This document shows positions 7,625 to 15,361 of a stretch of 64,000 nt of DNA, piece by piece (positions within the stretch are counted from its first letter, which is position 1; every line of letters starts with the position of its first letter). Source of the DNA: Candidatus Sulfotelmatobacter sp. (GTDB taxonomy: Bacteria; Acidobacteriota; Terriglobia; Terriglobales; Acidobacteriaceae). The stretch covers positions 24,113 to 88,112 of the forward strand of contig DATBYA010000115.1 in the NCBI GenBank assembly GCA_036514015.1, read 5' to 3'. Under the pieces are notes generated by a model. That model was given only the letters and a program-made list of their open reading frames with translations, did no database searches and was not told where the DNA came from. The position numbers and the translations under genes were made by a program.

Positions 7625-9943
7625 ATGAGTCGCTCTGTCTCCGTCCCTCTGCTGCTGGCTTGCTCTCTACTGACAGCCCTGTGCACGGGTTGCTCGCGGG
7701 ATCCCAACATACGCAAGCAAAAGTATCTGGATAGCGGCGAAAAATATGCCGCCGAGGGCAAGTACCGCGAGGCGGTGATTCAGTTTCGCAACGCCATTCT
7801 CATTGACTCTCGATTCGCCCATGCGCACTACGATCTCAGTCAAGCCTATCTCAAGCTGGGGGACAGCAACGACGCCTTCCAGGAATTGACCCGTAGCGTA
7901 GAACTCGCTCCCGATAATTATCGCGCTCACACCGATCTGGCAAACCTTCTGGACACAGTGAGGAATCCTGACGGCAGTCCGGTAGAAGATACGCTCAAGC
8001 AGGCCAAGACCCACCTCGATATTCTGCGGGAAAAGCAGCCAAACAACCCCGAAACCCACGAGGCCTGGGCCAACTATGATGCGGCGCAAAATAATGTCGC
8101 CGCTGCCATGCAAGAGATGCAGCAGGCGATTGCCGCCGATCCCAACCGCTCCGAGTCCTACCTGCTGCTCGCACTGTTTCAACTCCGGTCCAACCTGCCC
8201 GATTTGGCCGAGGCAAATTTCAAGAAGGCCAACGAAGTCGATCCCAAGGCAATGAGTGCTCAACTGGCCCTGGGTGGCTTTTATCAATCGCGCAACCGCT
8301 TGCCCGAAGCCGAACAGCAGTTCAAACATGCCATCGACACGGATCCGAAAAATCCAGCTCCCCGCGCCGCCTACGTTCGACTCCTGATGCAGCAAGGCAA
8401 GAAGGACGATGTCGAATCTTTTTTGCGTCAAACCAAGAAAGATTCTCCCGATAACCCGGAAAGCTATCGCATGCTCGGCGACTTCTATTTCGCCTACGGC
8501 CAGCTCGACAAAGCCACCATAGAGTACACTTCGCTCTACCACGATCACCCCAAAGATCTCCAGGTCAAGAAAAACTACATCCAGCTTCTGATTCTGAAAA
8601 ACCGTCTGGACGAAGCCACTCAACTGGACAACGAAATCCTCAAGGCTAACCCCAAAGACGTGGACGCTCTGGTCTATAAAGGCGAGGTTCAAATTCGCCG
8701 CAATGATGCCAGCGGCGCCATTGAGTCGCTGCAAAGCGCGCTCCGCACCGATGCCGAAAACGCGGTGGCTCACTACCAATTGGGAAACGCCTTCGCAGAA
8801 CAGCACAATGAAGGCCGGGCGGAGGCGGAGTGGCGCGAGGCGGTGCGCGTTCGTCCGAACCTGACCGACGCGCTGCGCTCCCTGGCCAACCTCGAATTGC
8901 ACCGGGGCGATGTCGCGGCCGTACTCGCGACCGCGCAGCAGATCATTACGGCGGAGCCCAATTCTCCAGACGGCTTCATTCTCAAAGCGATTGCGGAGCT
9001 TGCCCGCCAGAAATACAGTGATGCGCAGCAGGATGCGGAGCAGGCCGCCGAGCGGGCGCCGCAGAGTCCCGCTCCTCTGGTGCAGTTGGGCACCATTCAG
9101 CTAACCCAGAAGCACTTTGCCGATGCCGAAAAATTCTATCGGCAAGCCCTGGACAAAGACCCTTCTTCTAGCGAAGGCCTGAGCGGGCTGATGAACACCT
9201 ATTTCGCCGAGAAACAGCCGGACAAGGCAATTGCAGCGGCCAACGCTCAACTCGCCAAATCACCCAATAGCAGCAACTTCTATGATTTGTTGGGGACCGC
9301 GTTTTTCAATGGCAAGAAGGATCTGCCGGGCGCAGACGCCGCCCTGCGCAAGGCCATTCAACTCGACAAGAATAACGTCGATGCCTTGGAAAAGTTGGGC
9401 AAGGTGCAGGTCCAGGAGGGCTCCCAAGACCAGGCTCTGGCTCTTTACCAGCAGTCTATAAAGGACAATCCGCGAGAGGTTACGTTCTACATTCTTAGCG
9501 GCGAACTCTACGAAGCCAAGAAGAACTGGGAGCAGGCCAAATCCATGTATCAGCAGGCTCTCAACCTTTCGCCCGAGAATCCCCTTGCTTCCAATAATCT
9601 GGCATACGTGATTCTCCAACAAGGAGGAAACGTCGACGTCGCGATGGGTATGGCGCAAACCGCACGCCGTGGCATGCCCGACTCTCCCAATGCCGCCGAC
9701 ACCCTTGGCTGGGCCTATTATCAGAAGGGCATCTACCAGTCGGCCATCAGTCAGTTTCAAGAGGCACTGCGGCTCAGCGAAAAGCGCGGCGCACCCGATG
9801 ACGCAGACCTGCACTACCACCTCGGTCTCGCCTATCAGAAAACCAATCAGCTCGCGCTAGCCCGTCAACAGTTGGAAAAGGCCCTAAAGCTCAGCCCCGA
9901 CAACGCCGAGGCCCGCAAAGCGCTCTCAGATCTCCGCGGGTAG
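7625..9943 (+). CDS. prsT: PEP-CTERM-system TPR-repeat lipoprotein (PrsT-like)
   Basis: ATG 7625 is preceded by GGAGAA. Lipoprotein-type signal MSRSVSVPLLLACSLLTALCTGCS, followed by about 20 TPR units (AHYDLSQAYLKLGD..., AHYQLGNAFAEQHN..., LHYHLGLAYQKTNQ...). It lies directly downstream of xrtA-epsI. Confidence 0.75.
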   Translation: MSRSVSVPLLLACSLLTALCTGCSRDPNIRKQKYLDSGEKYAAEGKYREAVIQFRNAILIDSRFAHAHYDLSQAYLKLGDSNDAFQELTRSVELAPDNYRAHTDLANLLDTVRNPDGSPVEDTLKQAKTHLDILREKQPNNPETHEAWANYDAAQNNVAAAMQEMQQAIAADPNRSESYLLLALFQLRSNLPDLAEANFKKANEVDPKAMSAQLALGGFYQSRNRLPEAEQQFKHAIDTDPKNPAPRAAYVRLLMQQGKKDDVESFLRQTKKDSPDNPESYRMLGDFYFAYGQLDKATIEYTSLYHDHPKDLQVKKNYIQLLILKNRLDEATQLDNEILKANPKDVDALVYKGEVQIRRNDASGAIESLQSALRTDAENAVAHYQLGNAFAEQHNEGRAEAEWREAVRVRPNLTDALRSLANLELHRGDVAAVLATAQQIITAEPNSPDGFILKAIAELARQKYSDAQQDAEQAAERAPQSPAPLVQLGTIQLTQKHFADAEKFYRQALDKDPSSSEGLSGLMNTYFAEKQPDKAIAAANAQLAKSPNSSNFYDLLGTAFFNGKKDLPGADAALRKAIQLDKNNVDALEKLGKVQVQEGSQDQALALYQQSIKDNPREVTFYILSGELYEAKKNWEQAKSMYQQALNLSPENPLASNNLAYVILQQGGNVDVAMGMAQTARRGMPDSPNAADTLGWAYYQKGIYQSAISQFQEALRLSEKRGAPDDADLHYHLGLAYQKTNQLALARQQLEKALKLSPDNAEARKALSDLRG

Positions 9944-9987
9944 CGCCGCTTCGAGTTTCAGGAGAACACGGTTTGCGCACCCAATAA

Positions 9988-10018
9988 GAAACCCCGCCGG
10001 AAGCGGGGTTCTGTTCTT
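9988..10018. terminator. Bidirectional intrinsic terminator between convergent prsT and the PEP-CTERM gene
   Basis: Perfect 8-bp stem AACCCCGC (9990..9997) / GCGGGGTT (10003..10010) with a 5-nt loop. CTGTTCTTGT follows on the plus strand and TTCTTATT on the minus strand. Confidence 0.5.
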
Positions 10019-10036
10019 GTTAAGCGTAAAGCAGGC

Positions 10037-10642
10037 TTACGCCTTCAGCTTGCGACGCACCACTCCAGCCACGCCGATCAGCCCAGTCCCCAACAGACCC
10101 AACGAGCCTGGTTCCGGAACCACGATGGGTGTGTCACCGCTTGAAACTGTCGCGGCACCGTCGAATGCGCCCAATCCGACGTTGAGGGTGATGTCGAACG
10201 TATTACCAGTCGTCCAGGTTCCGGCACCGGTCCATCCGGCCACATTGCCAACTAGGAAATAGCTACTCGTGCCGTTAGCGCCGGTGGGAAGTGCCTCCCA
10301 CATCGTGGGACCCGAGAAAGTCCCCTTAAACAACACGGATCCGTTAGAGGCGGTAATGAGAATCGACCCGCCCGCCGCGAATGTGCCGCCGGTTTGCAAC
10401 GAACCCGTCAGTGCGCCGGTTGTGAACGTAACGCTGCCTAAATCGCCTGAGACCATCCCCCCAGGGAAATTGCGGATCTCAGACAACTCTGACCCGCTCA
10501 GGGTTAGTGTTGTTAGCCCGCCGACGGTGGAAGCCGTTAGCGTTCCCCCACTATTACTGTAATCTATGCTATTGATACTGCTAGCAAAAACAGCCCCTGG
10601 CAGGGCCAGTGCCAGTGCAGCCAGCAAAACGGTTTTCTTCAT
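10037..10642 (-). CDS. PEP-CTERM sorting-domain protein (exosortase substrate)
   Basis: Signal peptide MKKTVLLAALALALPGAVFASS, Gly/Thr/Ser-rich body, and C-terminus ...TPIVVPEPGSLGLLGTGLIGVAGVVRRKLKA (VPEP motif, TM helix, Arg/Lys cluster). AGGAGA RBS. Confidence 0.85.
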   Translation of the reverse strand: MKKTVLLAALALALPGAVFASSINSIDYSNSGGTLTASTVGGLTTLTLSGSELSEIRNFPGGMVSGDLGSVTFTTGALTGSLQTGGTFAAGGSILITASNGSVLFKGTFSGPTMWEALPTGANGTSSYFLVGNVAGWTGAGTWTTGNTFDITLNVGLGAFDGAATVSSGDTPIVVPEPGSLGLLGTGLIGVAGVVRRKLKA

Positions 10643-10745
10643 TTTACGTCTCCTAGGAGTTGTTGCGCCCGAGTCTTCATGACGAATGACGCGTGGCTTT
10701 CACCTTTGTCGAGCGAAGAGCGCAAGTAAGGTGCTCCCCCTCAAG

Positions 10746-10761
10746 TGCACCTATAGTACCA
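10746..10761 (-). promoter_or_regulatory. Candidate sigma-54 (-24/-12) promoter for the PEP-CTERM gene
   Basis: The minus strand reads TGGTAC-TATAG-GTGCA. GG-N10-GC spacing is correct, with two mismatches to TGGCAC-N5-TTGCA. It sits ~100 nt upstream of the ATG at 10642 and immediately downstream of an EBP gene. Not scored with a matrix. Confidence 0.3.
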
Positions 10762-10909
10762 AACTTCCGTCCTGCGTAAAGCGTGGTGATAGAAGTAGTT
10801 AACAGAGATTTGAAGGCTTTGCTGGGGGCGGAAAGTGAAAATGTCTGCGCAAGAACGCAAAATCCCGGGAGAACGCGCCGTCCATGGCGGCAACCTGCTA
10901 AAGACGGGG

Positions 10910-12019
10910 TTAATCGGCTGCGATCTCCTGCTTGGAGTTCGCTTCCCGCCGCTTGACGACTCGATTCGAGGGCAAGCCTGCGTCGCGAATCTTGTAAAGC
11001 AGTGCGCGGTAGCTAATGCTCAGAGCACGCGCCGCCTGCTTGCGGTTCCAGTGACAATTTTGCAGAACCTTCAGAATGACTTTCCGTTCTAACTCGCGGA
11101 CCGCCTGGCGGGTCAGCTTTTTGAGAGAAATCTGCCCGTCGACGGGAATTTCCGCGTTGAAGAAGTCGGTTTCCCGCGGCGTCAGATCGGCGGCAATCAC
11201 TTCTTCGTTGCCCAAAATCACATAGCGCTTGATCAGGTTTTCCAGTTCGCGGATGTTGCCCGGCCAGTGATACTTGCGCAAATCCGACATCATCTCGTCC
11301 GAAAGCGGCCGGGCCTTGCAATTGTACTTCCGGTTGTGATGCTCCAGGAAATACGCCACCAGGTCAGGAATATCGCCGGCCCGCTCGCGCAACGGCGACA
11401 GATGCAGATTCACCACGTTAATGCGGTAAAACAGATCGGAGCGAAACGTGCCGTTTTCAATCTCCTGTTCGAGTTTACGGTTGGTGGCGCACACCACGCG
11501 CACTTCCACTTTCTTGTCCGCCTGCGCGCCGATCCGGCAGAACTGCCCGTCCTGCAACAGTTGCAGCAACTTCGACTGCAGCGACATATCCAACTCGGAA
11601 ATCTCGTCGAGGAACAGAGTGCCGCGATGCGCCATCTCTACCCGGCCCGGCTTCATTCCATAGGCGCCGGTGAACGCACCCTTTTCATACCCGAAGAGCT
11701 CGCTTTCGAGCAACGTGCCCGGAATCGCCGGACAATTCACTTTCACCCAGGGCCCGCTGCGCCACGGCGAAGCCCCATGAATCATGCGCGCAATAATGTC
11801 TTTGCCGGTTCCGCTCTCTCCCTGGATGAGCACGGGAACGTTGGCACTGGCCAGCTTGGCCAGGCGCTCGCGGACCGATTGCATGGCCTCGGTGCGCCCG
11901 AAAACGATCGCATCGGGCGGCATCTCTCCCAGGGGCTGGACTAGCGAACTCAAACCGCTATTTGTCATGATTGGTTTACCGAACCGGGGAGAACCTTGCT
12001 CCAGCATCCGGAGAGCCAA
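10910..12019 (-). CDS. Sigma-54-dependent transcriptional activator with AAA+ core and HTH only (no receiver or sensor domain)
   Basis: Carries VLIQGESGTGKD, ESELFGYEKGAFTGAYGMKPGRVEMAHRGTLFLDEI, RSDLFYRINVVNLHLSPLRERAGDIPDL, WPGNIRELEN and the HTH WNRKQAARALSISYRALLYKIRDAGL. Only ~40 residues precede the AAA+ core. The track start is TTG 12019; ATG 12007 or 11968 are possible. Confidence 0.85.
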   Translation of the reverse strand: MALRMLEQGSPRFGKPIMTNSGLSSLVQPLGEMPPDAIVFGRTEAMQSVRERLAKLASANVPVLIQGESGTGKDIIARMIHGASPWRSGPWVKVNCPAIPGTLLESELFGYEKGAFTGAYGMKPGRVEMAHRGTLFLDEISELDMSLQSKLLQLLQDGQFCRIGAQADKKVEVRVVCATNRKLEQEIENGTFRSDLFYRINVVNLHLSPLRERAGDIPDLVAYFLEHHNRKYNCKARPLSDEMMSDLRKYHWPGNIRELENLIKRYVILGNEEVIAADLTPRETDFFNAEIPVDGQISLKKLTRQAVRELERKVILKVLQNCHWNRKQAARALSISYRALLYKIRDAGLPSNRVVKRREANSKQEIAAD

Positions 12020-12174
12020 AAGGTCTGTGAACCTCTTGCAGATACCTAAACCTAACCTATGTAGTTGAAGGTCATCAACTTACCAAAGAACCGAACCAGC
12101 AAACCCTGGTAATCCCGGTAATCGGGGGATCGACTCAACCCTAACACCCCCGACTGAGCTGTGCGCAAACATTT

Positions 12175-12552
12175 TCACACTACGGAAGCGACTTTCCGCC
12201 GTCGGTGAGAGAAGTGGTTCGAAAGTAAAAGCGGACGAGCGAACTTCAGACCGAGCAGGTAGTAGCCCTCGGCGGGGGTGGTGCGCAGAGCGCGGGCACG
12301 CAGAGCGTGCGACGCCTTGGGCAACATGGCTAACGCCGCCACCGGGGCGCTGGGAATCTCGAGCCGGATCTGCGCAATTGCGGGCAAAACACGACGAATC
12401 GCAACCAGCATCCCGCCGGCGCTGACATTCAAGGCAGTGGCAAATTCCAGGAATTCTTTTCCCTTCCGGTCACGGCTGCGAACAAAAACGGGGATCGCTA
12501 GCGGCAGCCTGGCCCACTTTCGCCGTTCGGTTCCCACTCTGACTCCATTCAT
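12175..12552 (-). CDS. Single-domain PilZ (c-di-GMP-binding) protein
   Basis: 125 aa. RRKWAR (RRxxxR), then 25 residues later NVSAGG ([DN]xSxxG). Confidence 0.7.
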   Translation of the reverse strand: MNGVRVGTERRKWARLPLAIPVFVRSRDRKGKEFLEFATALNVSAGGMLVAIRRVLPAIAQIRLEIPSAPVAALAMLPKASHALRARALRTTPAEGYYLLGLKFARPLLLSNHFSHRRRKVASVV

Positions 12553-12803
12553 GCAGTGCGCTCCATGGGCCTTTACTCTGCGTCAGAAGCACCTAAGGGG
12601 CCAAAGATCAGGCAAACAGAGCCATAAACCAGGACAGAATCCTAACCCTCCGGCCAATCCGACCGCAAAACCCAGGGACGAACCGACTATCAGCGGTGTT
12701 TTGTTCGCCTTTGATTCGCTCCAGTGAAACCCCTTAATCTTCGCCTGAGGCACCCAAAAGTGCAAGCTTTTGCTACACTTGGGTAATTCCATTGCATTTT
12801 TCG

Positions 12804-12832
12804 TTGACAACAAATTGGGCCTGACATACGAT
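12804..12832 (+). promoter_or_regulatory. Candidate sigma-70-type promoter for the kinase/regulator operon
   Basis: TTGACA (12804..12809), 17-nt spacer, TACGAT (12827..12832), ~75 nt upstream of ATG 12907. Confidence 0.3.
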
Positions 12833-12906
12833 TTTATTCATCCGCGTTTGTGCGCAACGTCGGGTGCGGTTCCCTCTCCCCGTGTTGAGTCCTGTGGCTT
12901 TTCCTC

Positions 12907-13830
12907 ATGACCTCTGTCCCCAAAAACATCTGTGTTTCTGACGCGGGAAGAACCTCGGAACTTATACCCGCCGCCGCTGTCCGTCCGGACGGCGATCTGC
13001 CCAGTCCGGAAAACTTGCTCCAGGAATATAAGGAACTGCGAGAGCGTTTCCAGCGCACCACGAACGCCCTCGCTTCCGCCGCCCACGATCTGAAGACACC
13101 GCTGTCGATTCTGATCGGCTACGTCGAGGTGCTGCACTGCGAGAAGTTGGGATCGCTTAACGACCGCCAGCGCGAAGTCTTGCACGATATGCAGGCCAGC
13201 GGAAAGCGCCTGCAACAGTTCATTCAGGATTTCCTGACGTACAGCGCCCTCGAAACCGGAGGGCTGCGCATGCAGTTCGAGCGCGGCAATATCAACCACT
13301 GTCTGTCGGAAGTCTCCCACCTGTGGTCCAATCGCTTTCAGGAAAAGGGGCTGGCGCTTTATTTTCTGGCCAATGATAAACTGCCGATTTTTTCCTTCGA
13401 TACACCGAAACTGGAGCGCGTAATCTCGAACCTGCTGGAGAATTCCTTCAAGTTCACCTCCTCCGGCGGAACGGTGTGGCTGCACGCCGAGCCACATATG
13501 TGGGAACGGCGGGCGGCGGCTCAGCCTTCGATGGCCGAACGGCGCCGGCAAAATGTAAGTCAGCCCAACTCCGTCAAAGTCAGCGTCTCCGATACCGGTC
13601 CCGGAATTCCCGCCGAGTTTCACCAGGAAGTGTTTGACGATTTCTTCCGCCTTCCCGGAACCGAAACTCAGGACGGCATGGGATTGGGTCTGGCCATCGC
13701 GCGCCGCCTGGTGCAAGGCATGGGGGGCAAGATCTGGGTCGAGAGTGAAGCCGGCGCGGGCTGCAAATTTTCCTTCCTGATCCCTTATAAACCGGCTGTG
13801 GGGGCTGCCAGCAAGGGGAGAAACCGATGA
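12907..13830 (+). CDS. Short soluble histidine kinase (HisKA plus HATPase_c, no TM or sensor domain)
   Basis: H-box SAAHDLKTPLSIL, N-box ISNLLENSFKFT, G-boxes VSDTGPGIP and GMGLGLAIARRLV. Only ~55 residues precede the H-box. Confidence 0.85.
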   Translation: MTSVPKNICVSDAGRTSELIPAAAVRPDGDLPSPENLLQEYKELRERFQRTTNALASAAHDLKTPLSILIGYVEVLHCEKLGSLNDRQREVLHDMQASGKRLQQFIQDFLTYSALETGGLRMQFERGNINHCLSEVSHLWSNRFQEKGLALYFLANDKLPIFSFDTPKLERVISNLLENSFKFTSSGGTVWLHAEPHMWERRAAAQPSMAERRRQNVSQPNSVKVSVSDTGPGIPAEFHQEVFDDFFRLPGTETQDGMGLGLAIARRLVQGMGGKIWVESEAGAGCKFSFLIPYKPAVGAASKGRNR

Positions 13831-15233
13831 AACAAACCGCCAAGATCCTGCTGGTGGACGATGAACCCGGCATGCTTCGCTATATCAAAACACTGCTCGA
13901 AGTGGACGACTACACAGTCGAAACCGCGACCACCGGCGAGGAAGCGCTGGTCCTGGTGGAAAAAGGCTTGAAACCGGACCTTGTATTGCTCGACGTGCTC
14001 ATGCCAGGCATCGATGGCCTGCAAACTCTCGAGCAGCTGCGGCAGCTCCAACCCGGCGTAAAAGTGGTCATGTTGTCCTGCGTCAATGATACCCGCAAAG
14101 TGGTCCATGCCATGAAACTGGGCGCCCAGGACTATCTCACCAAGCCTTTTCAGAAAGCAGAACTGGACGCGGTCATCGATCTCAGCCTCGGTCAGGGGAA
14201 ACAGGCTTACAGCGGCGAAGTGGAAGAGCTCTCCGACGATGTCTTCTTCATTGCAGCGAGTCCCGCCATGCGCAAGATTCGCTCCCAGGCCGCGCTGGTG
14301 GCAAATGTAGATATTCCCGTGCTGCTGCTGGGCGAAAGCGGCACCGGCAAGGAAGTGCTGGGGCGACTCATCCACAAGCTTTCCAAGCGCGCTCATCGGA
14401 CATTTCTCAAGGTCAACTGCGCCGCGGTTCCCGCCGACCTGCTCGAGAGCGAGCTTTTCGGCTACGAACAGGGCGCTTTCACCGGCGCCAACCACACGAA
14501 ACCGGGCAAATTCGAACTGTGCAACCGGGGAACGATTCTGCTCGACGAAATTGGCGAGATGCCGCCCCTGTTGCAGGCGAAACTCCTGCATGTATTGCAG
14601 GATCAGACATTCTCTCGCCTGGGCAGCCGTACCGTGATCAAGGTTGACGTGCGGATTCTGGCGGCAACCAACATTAACATTCCGGAGGCGCTCGCCAGCA
14701 AACGCCTGCGCGAAGATCTTTACTACCGGCTGAACGCCTTCACCATGCAGATTCCGCCGCTGCGCGAGCGCAAGGAAGAGATTCCCATCCTGCTAAAACA
14801 CTCCATGTCGCGCATGGCGGAGCGTTATGCGCGGCCCCCGCTCCCGCTTTCTCCAGCCTTGCTGCAAGCCTGCCAGAATCACTCCTGGCCCGGGAATCTC
14901 CGCGAGTTGAATAATTTTCTCAAACGCTATTTGATTCTCGGGGATGAGAAGCTGGCGGTCGCCGAATTATTGCCCAGAAACGATGGCACCGGAGGCGTAC
15001 CTGGCGATGCCTCGGGCCGGGGAGCAGAATCGGGCGGACTAAAGTCTCTGGCGCGCACCGCCAAAGATGAAGCCGAAGCCCAGGCTATTACTCAGGCTCT
15101 GGAGCAGACCAACTGGAACCGCAAGCAGGCAGCCGGGATTCTTCAGATCAGCTACAAAGCTCTGCTCTATAAAATCCGGCAGTATGGCATTGCCGAGGCG
15201 AAGGGACACCACAAGCTGTCGGCGGGAGCGTAA
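13827..15233 (+). CDS. NtrC-family response regulator / sigma-54 activator (REC, AAA+, HTH; PrsR-like by context)
   Basis: The ATGA start overlaps the kinase stop. REC: ILLVDDEPGML...LVLLDVLMPGIDG...LTKPF. AAA+: LLLGESGTGKE, GYEQGAFTGAN, ILLDEIGEM. HTH: WNRKQAAGILQISYKALLYKIRQYG. Confidence 0.9.
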   Translation: MKQTAKILLVDDEPGMLRYIKTLLEVDDYTVETATTGEEALVLVEKGLKPDLVLLDVLMPGIDGLQTLEQLRQLQPGVKVVMLSCVNDTRKVVHAMKLGAQDYLTKPFQKAELDAVIDLSLGQGKQAYSGEVEELSDDVFFIAASPAMRKIRSQAALVANVDIPVLLLGESGTGKEVLGRLIHKLSKRAHRTFLKVNCAAVPADLLESELFGYEQGAFTGANHTKPGKFELCNRGTILLDEIGEMPPLLQAKLLHVLQDQTFSRLGSRTVIKVDVRILAATNINIPEALASKRLREDLYYRLNAFTMQIPPLRERKEEIPILLKHSMSRMAERYARPPLPLSPALLQACQNHSWPGNLRELNNFLKRYLILGDEKLAVAELLPRNDGTGGVPGDASGRGAESGGLKSLARTAKDEAEAQAITQALEQTNWNRKQAAGILQISYKALLYKIRQYGIAEAKGHHKLSAGA

Positions 15234-15361
15234 GCTCTTCCGATGCAGGCTGCGCGGTTGACACTTTTTCTCAAACGGTTGGCCCACAACACAATGCTGG
15301 GGGGCCTTCCTCTTTCGATCGTCTCGCAAAGCCAACCTAAGAGCAAGATGGCCGCCGAAGG

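Noticed and set aside
7667-8902. 411-aa ORF on the minus strand inside prsT. Similar long ORFs lie at 12838..13716, 13785..14591, 25930..26721, 30486..31472, 32286..33530, 36150..36986, 41854..42822, 58456..59607 and 60752..61777.
   Set aside because: All lie antisense to genes with clear family motifs. Their translations are low-complexity and Arg/Gly/Val/Ala-rich with no motifs. These are typical shadow ORFs of high-GC DNA.
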